This document shows positions 8,624 to 18,422 of a stretch of 64,000 bases of DNA, one piece after another. The stretch spans positions 41,553 through 105,552 of the forward strand of contig JAUSEW010000027.1 of the NCBI GenBank assembly GCA_030651475.1, read 5' to 3'. The notes under the pieces were generated by a model. It did no database searches, was not told the origin of the DNA, and saw nothing but the letters and a program-made list of their open reading frames with translations. Each line of letters opens with the position of its first letter. Position 1 is the first letter of the stretch. This DNA is from Candidatus Levyibacteriota bacterium. Lineage in GTDB: Bacteria > Patescibacteriota > Microgenomatia > Levybacterales > UBA12049. A program made the translations under genes and the position numbers.

Positions 8624-9738
8624 GAATATTAATATTTAATTGGCGCGATATTAAGAATCCTTCTTCAGGCGGGGCAGAAATTTTAACTCATGAGCTTGCA
8701 AAAAGATGGGTTAAGTGGGGGCATCATGTAACTTTGTTTGCTTCATTATTTGAAGGAGGATTTTCCAAAGAAAATGTTGATGGGGTAGAGATAATCAGGA
8801 AAGGAAATCCCGATGCTCGTCATCTTTTTAATTCAGTACACTTTTTAGCATATCGAGAATATGAAAAAAACTTCAAGGGTAAATTTGATATTGTTATTGA
8901 CGAGGTCCACGGTCTTCCATTTTTTACACCGTGGTATGTAAAAGAAAAGAAGATAGTTTTAATTTGTGAAGTTGCGGATGATATTTGGATAAAAATGTTC
9001 GGAGGATTTTTTGGCTATATCGGAAGGATTACTGAGATTTTCTATCTTAGACTAGTTTATAAAAAAATTCATTTTATCACAATCTCCAATTCTACTAAAA
9101 TTGATTTGGTTAAGAATGGGGTGGATCGTAAAAACATAAAAGTTTTACCGATGGGGATAAATAGGCCAAAAAATGTCAAGGTTTTGAAAAAAGAAAACAA
9201 TCCCACTATAATTTTCGTAGGACGTTTGGCAAAGACTAAGGGAGTAGAAGATGCTTTGCTTGCTCTATCTAAATTAAAAAGGTGGAATAACGATGTTAAG
9301 TTGTGGATCGTTGGTAGAGGAAATAGCGAATACGAACAACATTTAAGAGATATGGTTAAAAAACTTAGTCTTGAGAATGCGGTTACTTTTTTCGGTTTCG
9401 TGGTTGAGAATAAGAAATTTGAACTAATGTCAAGGGCACACGCATTGATTTCCCCATCGTTTAAGGAAGGATTCGGTTTAACTATTCCGGAAGCAGGAAT
9501 GGTAGGGACTCCGGCTGTTGTTTATAATTCTCCTGGGCTTTCTGAAGTAGTCATAAACCATAAGACTGGATTAGTCTGTAATAAAAATACCACGGAAGAA
9601 TTATTTAGAAATCTGGTTAAGCTTTTTGAAAATAAAAAGCAATATAGGACATTAAGGGATGGAGCGATTGAACAAAGCAGGCAATATGATTGGCAAAAAA
9701 CTGCAAATTATTTTGTGCGAATAATAGAAAACATATGA
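8620..9738 (+). CDS. Glycosyltransferase, GT4 family
   Basis: EGFGLTIPEAGMVGTPAVVYNSPGLSEVV C-terminal GT4 motif. Confidence 0.8.
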   Translation: MRILIFNWRDIKNPSSGGAEILTHELAKRWVKWGHHVTLFASLFEGGFSKENVDGVEIIRKGNPDARHLFNSVHFLAYREYEKNFKGKFDIVIDEVHGLPFFTPWYVKEKKIVLICEVADDIWIKMFGGFFGYIGRITEIFYLRLVYKKIHFITISNSTKIDLVKNGVDRKNIKVLPMGINRPKNVKVLKKENNPTIIFVGRLAKTKGVEDALLALSKLKRWNNDVKLWIVGRGNSEYEQHLRDMVKKLSLENAVTFFGFVVENKKFELMSRAHALISPSFKEGFGLTIPEAGMVGTPAVVYNSPGLSEVVINHKTGLVCNKNTTEELFRNLVKLFENKKQYRTLRDGAIEQSRQYDWQKTANYFVRIIENI

Positions 9739-11876
9739 AATTTTTAGTAAGAAAATATATTCTGCTTGGAATTATACTAACATTTTCCTACTTTCTTATT
9801 CTATTCTCCACAATGTCAGATTATGGAATGAATTGGGATGAGCCTCTGCATTTCTCAAGAGGTTTTGCATACCTTCACTATTTTCTTACTGGCAAAAAAG
9901 ATTTTTCCGGTTTATCTCAAGATAAACCCCATGTGGGAAACCCAGGGTATCCCAATATAAAAAAAGCTTTACAGGAATATGAGGAAAAACAGAAAAAGTT
10001 AACGTCAAACCTGAAAGCAAGCGGATACCAATATGAAGGGTGGACTCCTGAATATTTCCTTAAGAATGATAGCGGACATCCTCCCCTAAGCGACATTTTA
10101 GCAGCAGCTACAAACTATGTTTTTTACAGAAAGTTAGGAGTAATGGATGACTTAAACTCATACCATCTATTCGAAATTTTAACTGGCGGATTAATGCTTT
10201 TTGTAGTTTATATTTTTTCTGCCAGGTATTACGGAATTTTTGCAGGAATCGTTTCCTCTCTTTCTCTCTTTCTGTATCCTTTATTTTTTGGTGAAGTGCA
10301 TTTCAACATAAAAGATCCTCCTGAAGCAGCATTCTATACCCTTACAATCTTTGCTTTTTTTGAAGGAATAATAAGAAGGAAATGGAAATGGATTCTGGCG
10401 TCAAGTATTTCTTGTGGATTTGCGTTGGGCACAAAATTTAATATAGTTTTTCTGCCTTTTATAATTTCTCCCTGGTTCGTTGCTTATGTCTGGGGCAAGT
10501 TTAAATTTTCTAAGCTAATAGCGTTTGCTAAAAAGAATAAAACATTTTTATTCCATTTAGTATTTTATCCATTTATAGTATTTGCCATATTTTTTAGTAC
10601 ATGGCCTTACTTGTGGCAAGATCCATTTAAGAATTTATTGTCTGTAGTGTTATATTACAAAGGAATTGGTACCGGCGCAATTTATCAGTCAGGGTATTTA
10701 TTATTCGGATGGAATACATATGCAATACAATGGATTTTTTATACCACTCCTCCAATAGTAATCTTTTTATCTACAATAGGAATAATTTCTTCTATTTCTC
10801 TATTTAAAAAAGAAGAAAAAAAAACTTCCTTCCTATTTCTAATTTGGTTTATATTTCCAATTTTAAGGGTAAGCGTTCCCGGCTCATCTATATATGGTGG
10901 AGATAGACAAATAATGGAATTTCTTCCCGCAATGGCGCTTCTTTCAGGTTTGGGGGCGTTAATGCTTAAAAACTTTATTGTGAAGATTATTGTCCAATCT
11001 AAAATATTCGCAAAAAGTAGGCTTTACGTTATTAATGTTTCAGTAATGATATTTGTAATTATGTTATTTATGCAAGCAGGATTAAATATAATAAGCCTTC
11101 ATCCAAATGAAAATGTCTATTTTAATAGTTTTATTGGCGGGTTAAAAGGCGCTAAGGAAAGAAATATTTCAGGATGGGGTAACAGTTACGGAAATGCATA
11201 TCTTCAAGGCGTAGATTGGATGAATTCCAATGCTCCCCAAGATGCCAAGTTAGCTCTTATTTCCGCAACTCTTGGGAATATACCACGACCACGGCTAAGG
11301 ACAGATATTAGTTTGTACAATAACCATTGGAGCGGTACGGCAAGAAAAGGAGAATACTTAATGGATATGATCTCTCAAGGGTGGCCCCTGCAAGGATATC
11401 AGTATGAATACTTAGAGACTTTTCTTAATCCGGTTTATGATAAAAAAGTAGATGGGGTAACAATATTCAAGATTTGGAAAAATGACGCAGAGCATGCGAA
11501 AGAAGGTTTCTTAAACGAGGACAGTAATGTAGATATCGTATCAGCGGGGAGAGATGAAAACAACGGATTAAAAATTATTGTTAAGAACAATATTCTCCTA
11601 ACTAAACTTGATCTTTTTTACGATAATTCAGAGTGCGATTTATTGAAGGAAGGAACGGTTCATATTTCGGAAGATGGGATTATATGGCAAAGACAAGCAG
11701 ATAATGTTCCTATTTTGCAGGTTACTACAGATATAGAGCCAAAAGATAAACGTTTGGTTTATTTCTTTGCCGCTAAACCAGCAAAGTTTATATTGATTTA
11801 TCCTGATTCTAAAAATTCTTGCATATTCAATGTTGAAAAAGTTATTATTTCCAAATTGTCAGATATTACGCCATGA
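9735..11876 (+). CDS. GT-C membrane glycosyltransferase, PMT/ArnT-like (GT39/GT83-like), with a ~250 aa C-terminal soluble domain
   Basis: NWDEPLHFSRGF DE loop motif after the first TM helix. About 11-13 TM helices, then a non-membrane C-terminal domain. The start is set at the ATGA overlap (9735); an in-frame upstream ATG at 9690 overlaps the previous gene by 49 nt. Confidence 0.55.
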   Translation: MKFLVRKYILLGIILTFSYFLILFSTMSDYGMNWDEPLHFSRGFAYLHYFLTGKKDFSGLSQDKPHVGNPGYPNIKKALQEYEEKQKKLTSNLKASGYQYEGWTPEYFLKNDSGHPPLSDILAAATNYVFYRKLGVMDDLNSYHLFEILTGGLMLFVVYIFSARYYGIFAGIVSSLSLFLYPLFFGEVHFNIKDPPEAAFYTLTIFAFFEGIIRRKWKWILASSISCGFALGTKFNIVFLPFIISPWFVAYVWGKFKFSKLIAFAKKNKTFLFHLVFYPFIVFAIFFSTWPYLWQDPFKNLLSVVLYYKGIGTGAIYQSGYLLFGWNTYAIQWIFYTTPPIVIFLSTIGIISSISLFKKEEKKTSFLFLIWFIFPILRVSVPGSSIYGGDRQIMEFLPAMALLSGLGALMLKNFIVKIIVQSKIFAKSRLYVINVSVMIFVIMLFMQAGLNIISLHPNENVYFNSFIGGLKGAKERNISGWGNSYGNAYLQGVDWMNSNAPQDAKLALISATLGNIPRPRLRTDISLYNNHWSGTARKGEYLMDMISQGWPLQGYQYEYLETFLNPVYDKKVDGVTIFKIWKNDAEHAKEGFLNEDSNVDIVSAGRDENNGLKIIVKNNILLTKLDLFYDNSECDLLKEGTVHISEDGIIWQRQADNVPILQVTTDIEPKDKRLVYFFAAKPAKFILIYPDSKNSCIFNVEKVIISKLSDITP

Positions 11877-13030
11877 GAATAGCATTTATAACCCACAACT
11901 ATCCTTTATCTTCAAAAGAGAGAGGCAATGCTGGAATTTTCGTTTCAGATATGGCACGGGAGTTCGCAGAAAGAGGGCACAATATTCAGGTTTTCGTTGT
12001 TAACGCATCAGTTACGAAAACAACAGTTTGTTTAGATGGTAGACTTAAAATCCACTTTTTGGGTAAGGGAAGTCTTAGGAAAAGTCTCGGTGAAGTTAAA
12101 TTCTACGATATATTCGATCTGATCAGGCTTTGTATATTATTTATTCAGTCAAAAAATGATATAGAAGCAATCGTTAAGAAAAACCCGGTTGATTTATGTT
12201 TGGCGTTTTGGGCAATTCCGGCTGGTATATTGGCATACCAGATCAAGAAGTCCTTAAAAGTTCCATACGGCATATGGGCTCTTGGTTCAGACATATATGT
12301 TTATCAAAAGTTGCCCATCGTAGGATATTTGATTAAAAAATCTGTTGATAATTCAAATTTTCTTCTTGCAGATGGTATTGATTTGGCCAATAAAATTACT
12401 AAATTTAGCAACAAGATTTGCGCATTTCTTCCTTCAGCGACATCGTTTGGAAATATAAAGAAAATAAAAGTTTCTATAGATGAAAGATTGGTAAATTTTA
12501 TTTTTTTGGGACGTCTCGAAAAGGTGAAAGGTCCCGATATACTTTTATCTTCGCTCGCGATGCTACCAAAAGAGATAAATTACCATGTTTATTTTTTGGG
12601 CGGAGGAGTGCTGCTTGAGAGATTAATCCAAAAAAGCGTAGAATATGGACTAAGAGAAAAAGTTTCGTTTTTGGGAAACGTAGATGATAAAAATATTATA
12701 TTTTCATATCTTGCGAAATCGGATTTATTAGTTATTCCATCGAGAAGCGATAGTATTCCTTTGACTCTGACAGAGGGTGCAAAAGCAGGAATTCCCGTTA
12801 TTGTTTCAGATGCCGGAGATATGCATTTTTTAGTAAAAAAATACAAAATAGGATATACGTTCCCAGCGGGAGATATTAAAAATCTATCAGCGACGTTGGA
12901 AGCATTTATTAAGAACGGAAAAAATAAAAGAAAAAGTTTTGAAAATAATCTAAACGTTTTCGCAAAAGACTTTAATGTATCGCAAATAGCATCAAATTTA
13001 ATAAAAAATATAGAATTATCCAAAAATTGA
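11873..13030 (+). CDS. Glycosyltransferase, GT4 family
   Basis: GT-B layout. FIFLGRLEKVKGPD and SRSDSIPLTLTEG...GIPVIVSD motifs. Confidence 0.7.
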   Translation: MRIAFITHNYPLSSKERGNAGIFVSDMAREFAERGHNIQVFVVNASVTKTTVCLDGRLKIHFLGKGSLRKSLGEVKFYDIFDLIRLCILFIQSKNDIEAIVKKNPVDLCLAFWAIPAGILAYQIKKSLKVPYGIWALGSDIYVYQKLPIVGYLIKKSVDNSNFLLADGIDLANKITKFSNKICAFLPSATSFGNIKKIKVSIDERLVNFIFLGRLEKVKGPDILLSSLAMLPKEINYHVYFLGGGVLLERLIQKSVEYGLREKVSFLGNVDDKNIIFSYLAKSDLLVIPSRSDSIPLTLTEGAKAGIPVIVSDAGDMHFLVKKYKIGYTFPAGDIKNLSATLEAFIKNGKNKRKSFENNLNVFAKDFNVSQIASNLIKNIELSKN

Positions 13031-13031
13031 T

Positions 13032-14438
13032 ATGACTAAAGCATTAATAATTGGAGCTGGGGTAGCGGGAAAGGAGCTTCTTGAAGAGCTTAGGAAACAT
13101 AAAAGCATCAAGGTTGAGGTTGTTGGATTCATAGATGATGATTTGAGAAAGATTGGCAAAAGAGTTTTAGGAGTGCAAGTTTTGGGTCAAATAAATGGTC
13201 TCCGTATGGCGATAAAAAAATATAAGGTTAGTGAGGTGTTTATCGCTATTCCTTCTGCGAAAGGAGGAATAATCAGAAAAATTATAGAAAAATGTAAAGA
13301 TCTAAATATAGCTTTTAAAGTTATCCCAAGAACGCTAGATATTATACAAGGAAAAGTTGCGATTAGTCAGATCAGGGACGTAGATGTTTCCGATCTGATA
13401 GGCAGAGAAATGGTTCAAATGGAGCAAAATGCCCTAATAAATTTTTTTAAGGGGAAAAAGATTCTTATTACAGGAGCATGCGGATCGATTGGACACGAAA
13501 TATGCAGGCAATTGGCGCTTTTTTCTCCAAAAAAACTTATTTTTTATGATTGGTGGGAAAATGGAATGTTTGATCTGGATTTAGAATTTAAATCAAAATT
13601 TACGAATATAAGCACAAAAAGCATAATCGGAGACATAAAGGATGAGGTGAAGGTAGATAGAGTTTTTAAAGAAGAAAAGCCTGATATAATTTTTCATGCC
13701 GCTGCGTATAAGCATGTGCCATTGATGGAAGATAATCCAAGTGAGGCGGTTAAGAATAACGTATTCGGAACGATGGTTATAGCAAAAATTGCCAAAAAAT
13801 ATACATCATCGCATTTCGTATTAATATCGACAGATAAAGCAGTTTATCCAAAAAATGTAATGGGCGCCACAAAACGGATTGCAGAAAGCATTGTATCTGA
13901 ATTTTCAAAAAAATCTTTTACAAAATTTATATCTGTTCGTTTTGGTAATGTTTTAGATAGCTTTGGCAGCGTTTTGCCTTTGTTTAAAAAACAAATAAGT
14001 GAGGGTGGTCCCGTAACAGTTACTCATAAGAATATGCAAAGATTCTTTATGTCCATACCTGAAGCTGTACAGCTTATTTTTCAGGCAACCGTATTTGGAA
14101 AAGGCGGAGAAATTTTCATACTCGATATGGGAGAGCAGATAAGAATAGTAGATTTAGCAAAACTTTTGATAAAACTTTCAGGTCTTGTTCCTCAAAAAGA
14201 TATTAAAATAGTTTATACGGGATTAAGACCTGGGGAAAAGTTTAGCGAGGAACTTTTTACAGAAAAAGAAAATCTAACGAAAACTTTAAATAAAAAGATT
14301 TTTATTGCAGAAAATTCAAATTTGGAATTGAAAGATTCTGAAGGAATAATTAAAACACTCCTGCAGCACGCGAATCATTTTAGTGACGAGATGGTAAGGG
14401 AAGATCTGTCAAAAATTTTTACATCTTTTAAAAACTAA
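13032..14438 (+). CDS. PglF/CapD/WbpM-family UDP-HexNAc 4,6-dehydratase (soluble form, no TM region)
   Basis: N-terminal CoA-binding-like Rossmann region (ALIIGAGVAGKEL), a second Rossmann motif (ILITGACGSIGHEI), and AAAYKHVPLMEDNP / RFGNVLDSFGSVLP motifs typical of CapD/FlaA1/PglF. Confidence 0.8.
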   Translation: MTKALIIGAGVAGKELLEELRKHKSIKVEVVGFIDDDLRKIGKRVLGVQVLGQINGLRMAIKKYKVSEVFIAIPSAKGGIIRKIIEKCKDLNIAFKVIPRTLDIIQGKVAISQIRDVDVSDLIGREMVQMEQNALINFFKGKKILITGACGSIGHEICRQLALFSPKKLIFYDWWENGMFDLDLEFKSKFTNISTKSIIGDIKDEVKVDRVFKEEKPDIIFHAAAYKHVPLMEDNPSEAVKNNVFGTMVIAKIAKKYTSSHFVLISTDKAVYPKNVMGATKRIAESIVSEFSKKSFTKFISVRFGNVLDSFGSVLPLFKKQISEGGPVTVTHKNMQRFFMSIPEAVQLIFQATVFGKGGEIFILDMGEQIRIVDLAKLLIKLSGLVPQKDIKIVYTGLRPGEKFSEELFTEKENLTKTLNKKIFIAENSNLELKDSEGIIKTLLQHANHFSDEMVREDLSKIFTSFKN

Positions 14439-14441
14439 ATT

Positions 14442-15494
14442 ATGATCTCATTTTCAAAAACCGTAATAGGAAAAGAAGAAATAGAAAGCGTTGTAAAAGT
14501 TCTTAAAAGCGGGTGGTTGACTATGGGAGAGGAAACTTTAGCCTTTGAAGAAGAATTTGCAAATTATGTTGGAACTAAATTTGCCGTCGCTTTGAATAGC
14601 TGCACGGCAGGACTTTTTTTAAGTCTCAAAGCTCTAGGTATTGGCATAGGAGATGAAGTAATTGTCCCTTCTTTTACATTTGCATCGACAGTTAACGTAG
14701 TTGTTCATTCTGGAGCAATTCCAGTTTTTGCAGATATAAAAAAAGATGATTTTACTCTTGATCCCAAAAGCGTTGAGAGACTTATAACAAAAAAAACTAA
14801 AGCAATTATGCCTGTTCATTATGCGGGAAGGAAAGCTTTTATAAATTACGAATTACCCGTCGTTGAAGATAGTGCCCATCTTATTCCAAAAAGCGAGGCT
14901 TCAAAAAATCTAACAGCTTACTCATTTTATGCAACCAAAAATATGACAACGGGAGAGGGTGGTATGATAACAACAGACGATGAGAAATTGGCTATTTGGC
15001 TTAGGAAGGCTAGGCTTCACGGTATGTCTAAAGATGCATGGAAAAGATACGATAATCAAGGCAAGTGGAGATACGATATAGAATTTCCTGGTTATAAATT
15101 AAATACCACCGATTTAAATTCCTCTCTTGGGAGAGTTCAGCTTAGAAGGCTTCCTGTTCTGCAGACAAAAAGAACAGATTTAGTTCATTACTACAATAAA
15201 CTTTTGGGATTGAGTAATACGGGAAATCATCTCTATCCCATTCTTGTTGAGAATAGGGATGAATTCATTGAAGATATGGCAAACCATGGTGTTCAGTGCT
15301 CCGTGCATTTCATCCCGGTGCATACGATGACCGCATACAAAAACTGTAAGGTAAGTTTACCCAATACGGAGTATATAGGAGATCGAGTCGTAACTCTTCC
15401 TCTCCATCCTCTTTTGTCTCAAAAAGATATAGAGTATGTTTCTAAATTAGTGATTAAATTTGCAAAAGGATCAAAGTTTGAAAATAAGGCTTGA
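14442..15494 (+). CDS. DegT/DnrJ/EryC1-family PLP-dependent sugar aminotransferase (PglE-like)
   Basis: SFYATKNMTTGEGGMITT motif with the PLP-binding Lys present. Directly downstream of the PglF-like dehydratase. Confidence 0.8.
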   Translation: MISFSKTVIGKEEIESVVKVLKSGWLTMGEETLAFEEEFANYVGTKFAVALNSCTAGLFLSLKALGIGIGDEVIVPSFTFASTVNVVVHSGAIPVFADIKKDDFTLDPKSVERLITKKTKAIMPVHYAGRKAFINYELPVVEDSAHLIPKSEASKNLTAYSFYATKNMTTGEGGMITTDDEKLAIWLRKARLHGMSKDAWKRYDNQGKWRYDIEFPGYKLNTTDLNSSLGRVQLRRLPVLQTKRTDLVHYYNKLLGLSNTGNHLYPILVENRDEFIEDMANHGVQCSVHFIPVHTMTAYKNCKVSLPNTEYIGDRVVTLPLHPLLSQKDIEYVSKLVIKFAKGSKFENKA

Positions 15495-15512
15495 TCAAGC
15501 TTACGGAAGATT

Positions 15513-16100
15513 CTATTGTTTTATCCTATACTCCTCTATTGTTTCAAGATTTCTTTGTGAGAAATAAATAATATTTGTAAAGGCTTGTTTATTTTTTTCG
15601 GGAACTCTTTTAATTAACGATGCGAGCACTTCCTGGTGTTTTAACGAAGCTGTTTTTAATTTTTTAAAAAAATTAGCATTTGGTTTTTGGCGAAACTTAT
15701 ATAATTGCTGAGTTAATAAAGTGTAGTTATTTTCTGCTTTTAAAGCTGTTTGTAGGGCAAGGTCAACCTTATTATTGTCAATAAGCATTGCTGTCGCTAG
15801 AATTCCTTTATCTGTTTGGAGTAGGTAAAATTCGATTTTCTTATTAGGATCTGATATTAAAGATGCAACTATTTTATCCCTAACAACCTTCAGTTTATAT
15901 AAGGGATTATCTGGAAGAATACCTGGATAAGCAAGGTCATATTTAATTATGGTAGATTGAGTTGATTCCTCTGCAAATGAAGTCTGTACAATAGGAAAAA
16001 TAAATAACGAAAATAATATTATAAGTATATGCAATGCGCTTTTTTTTATTTGAGTATTATTAATATAATCGATTATGAATCTAGGCAATAGCATTGTCAA
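15513..16100 (-). CDS. Hypothetical secreted/membrane-anchored protein, DUF5667-like
   Basis: N-terminal hydrophobic helix, then AYPGILPDNPLYKLK, which resembles the LPGDPLY motif of DUF5667 proteins. Otherwise low complexity and Lys-rich. Confidence 0.3.
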   Translation of the reverse strand: MTMLLPRFIIDYINNTQIKKSALHILIILFSLFIFPIVQTSFAEESTQSTIIKYDLAYPGILPDNPLYKLKVVRDKIVASLISDPNKKIEFYLLQTDKGILATAMLIDNNKVDLALQTALKAENNYTLLTQQLYKFRQKPNANFFKKLKTASLKHQEVLASLIKRVPEKNKQAFTNIIYFSQRNLETIEEYRIKQ

Positions 16101-18343
16101 GGTCCAAAAAATTGGAGATTATCAAAATAAAATGACCCTGATGATTTTGTCGCAGTAACATTTAGGGAGACGATAGCGAAGCTTGTGCCATTTGGAGCAA
16201 TTGCAGAAACTGATACTTTTTTCCATTCCGGGTCACCATAAATTCTTGGGGAAAGAGCAACCGCATTACCTGGCAAAATAATTTTGCTTTCCGGGTCTTT
16301 ATAAAAGTCTATTCTTAAAAATCCATCCCTTTCATTCGATTTAAGAATTTGATTGGATTTTATCCAACCCGAAAATGTATATATCTTTCCACCTGTAACG
16401 TTGATTCTTTGAGAAACTATTTTTGGCGCAGTAAAAAAAATATTTTCCCATCTATACTCTAATGCACCTTTTTCAATGCCTTCATTTTTGGCATATAACA
16501 TCTCTACTTTCTTGGAAGGAATTGAATAGGTCTGAAGATGCCAAAAATTCGTGTCATTTATAGTTTCAAATGAAAAGTTTTTAATTAAGTTTTTAGATTC
16601 GGGTAGCAGAGGAGGAAGTTTATAAAATAAAAGATTATCTTGAGCGCACATATCTGGTTTTGACAGTTCTTTTAGCAGCGTTGCTCTTGTTTCGTACTCA
16701 TATAAAGACAAGAGAACGAAATTATTTTCATAGATATCTGATGGGGGAATAAAAAAATCAGTGTCAAATCTATAAGCGTAATATCCCAATGCGTTACTTT
16801 TATTTATAAATGCGTAGTCAGAGTGCGTATCGCGTACTTCTTCGAGGGAAAAATTTTCAGTAGGCTTAATCTCTATCAGTTTATCAAAGTCTTTCGAAGG
16901 AAAAGAAATATATGTTTTGTATGCAACCCTTGGATTATAAGGCATATTATCGGCAATCCACTCTTGGCTTTGCTGATAAACTGTTTTTTGTCCGCAAGCC
17001 CAGCTTGAGCTGAAAGATTGAGTAAAGGGATAATAAAAAACAGAAAGACAAACTATTCCGAAAATAACTTTTGCTTTAACAGTATTAAACTGTTTTATCC
17101 GATTCCAGAAAGTATGGATGAAAACGCCAATAAATAAAGCTAAAAATGGCGTGATGGGTATTGCCAGTCTTTCATATTGCGCGTGCATATAAGAGCTAAT
17201 GTAAATAAAAGTAATAAATGGGATTATTGATAAAAATATAAATTGTTTTGGAAACTTTAGTAAAGTTATTCCTAAGCCGATCAAGGAAGCAATTGTTGGT
17301 ATTTGTCCTAAGCCCTTGAAGAAAATAAAACTCGCATAATAGGGAAGGAATTCATTCGGCGTAAGAGTTGTAATGTTTGGCAATATGCCTTGTCCGTTAG
17401 ACAGAACAAAAGATGCAAGGGACGAGACATAAGTTGATATAGTCGTGCTATACCATGGCAAAACCCATTTTTCCATATCTTGCTGAAAGATGATATGACT
17501 TTGGGAGTTTAGGAAAAGATAGGGTAAGCCGACGAAGATTCCAATGGGCACTGCAATAAAACCAAGTATAATTCTTAACGGCCACATTTTGTTTTTCTGT
17601 TTATCAAGAAGAATTGCAATGGGATAAACAAGTAAAGCAACAGGAAAATACCTAACAGCAGTTGAAAATCCGATCATAAAACCTGAAAGAAGATACCATT
17701 TTAACTTACCTGTTTTAAAAAGATTGACCATAAAAAGAATAGCTAACAAGATAAAGAATGTTGCGGGCACATCTGTTGTGAGATAATGCGAATCGCGAAC
17801 GTGAAACGGAAAAATAGCAAAGGAAAAAGCAGCTAAAAGCGCAATCGGTTTATTTAAAAGCTTCTTAGCTATTAAATAAAGAATAAGCACGCTTGCTGTT
17901 CCTAAAAGCATAACTAATGCTCTTTGAGACCAGAATATCAGCGTTTGGTGTTGACTATATCCAATCTTTGCAACGTATTCGATAAATGAAGGCATCGAAT
18001 AGGTTATGTTAAAAGGTAAAAATACACTCTGTATTCCTTCCATCAGATAGGAGATAAATATAATTGGGAAATACGGAATGGCCGCAAGATAAAAAATGAA
18101 TGACCCGTATTTATATGTATAAGAATTAAAATCGCCTTTTGCAATAATGTTGTAGAATAATTTTTCCGAATATGTTTGCACCCATCCTTCATCAGGGTGA
18201 TTTATGAAGTTGGGATAAAGTCCAAGTATCCGAACAAAGAAAGCAATAAAAAGAATTAATGTTAAAATTTTGTTTCTGCTCATTAATTCCAATATGGGTT
18301 TAACTACATTGCTTAATATCTGTTGAATTTTTTTCTTCTTCAT
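16097..18343 (-). CDS. GT-C membrane glycosyltransferase (PMT/ArnT-like) with a C-terminal beta-sandwich domain that may be carbohydrate-binding (CBM-like)
   Basis: HPDEGWVQTYSE DE motif after TM1. About 12 TM helices in the first ~450 aa. The C-terminal ~180 aa are beta-rich (…GKIYTFSGWIKS…GFLRIDFYKD…) and reminiscent of CBM4/9-type modules. The module family is a guess. Confidence 0.5.
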   Translation of the reverse strand: MKKKKIQQILSNVVKPILELMSRNKILTLILFIAFFVRILGLYPNFINHPDEGWVQTYSEKLFYNIIAKGDFNSYTYKYGSFIFYLAAIPYFPIIFISYLMEGIQSVFLPFNITYSMPSFIEYVAKIGYSQHQTLIFWSQRALVMLLGTASVLILYLIAKKLLNKPIALLAAFSFAIFPFHVRDSHYLTTDVPATFFILLAILFMVNLFKTGKLKWYLLSGFMIGFSTAVRYFPVALLVYPIAILLDKQKNKMWPLRIILGFIAVPIGIFVGLPYLFLNSQSHIIFQQDMEKWVLPWYSTTISTYVSSLASFVLSNGQGILPNITTLTPNEFLPYYASFIFFKGLGQIPTIASLIGLGITLLKFPKQFIFLSIIPFITFIYISSYMHAQYERLAIPITPFLALFIGVFIHTFWNRIKQFNTVKAKVIFGIVCLSVFYYPFTQSFSSSWACGQKTVYQQSQEWIADNMPYNPRVAYKTYISFPSKDFDKLIEIKPTENFSLEEVRDTHSDYAFINKSNALGYYAYRFDTDFFIPPSDIYENNFVLLSLYEYETRATLLKELSKPDMCAQDNLLFYKLPPLLPESKNLIKNFSFETINDTNFWHLQTYSIPSKKVEMLYAKNEGIEKGALEYRWENIFFTAPKIVSQRINVTGGKIYTFSGWIKSNQILKSNERDGFLRIDFYKDPESKIILPGNAVALSPRIYGDPEWKKVSVSAIAPNGTSFAIVSLNVTATKSSGSFYFDNLQFFGP

Positions 18344-18422
18344 CCTTTCAATATTAACAGAATATTTTTGATAATTCCATTACGGGAGAATATTATTATG
18401 TTATAATTCTACTTAAGTTTCA
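18344..18422. promoter_or_regulatory. AT-rich divergent intergenic region with a TATAAT-like element (gttataatt); candidate bidirectional promoter
   Basis: One of the few non-coding gaps. Lies between the divergently transcribed 16097..18343(-) and 18423..19550(+). Confidence 0.3.

Noticed and set aside
9690-9734. Upstream ATG start (9690) for the PMT-like GT-C gene, adding MAKNCKLFCANNRKH before the first TM helix
   Set aside because: It creates a 49-nt overlap with the preceding GT4 gene. The ATG at 9735 gives the ATGA stop-start coupling used throughout this locus and a normal short cytoplasmic N-terminus. Analogous choices were made at 32476, 35267 and 62527.
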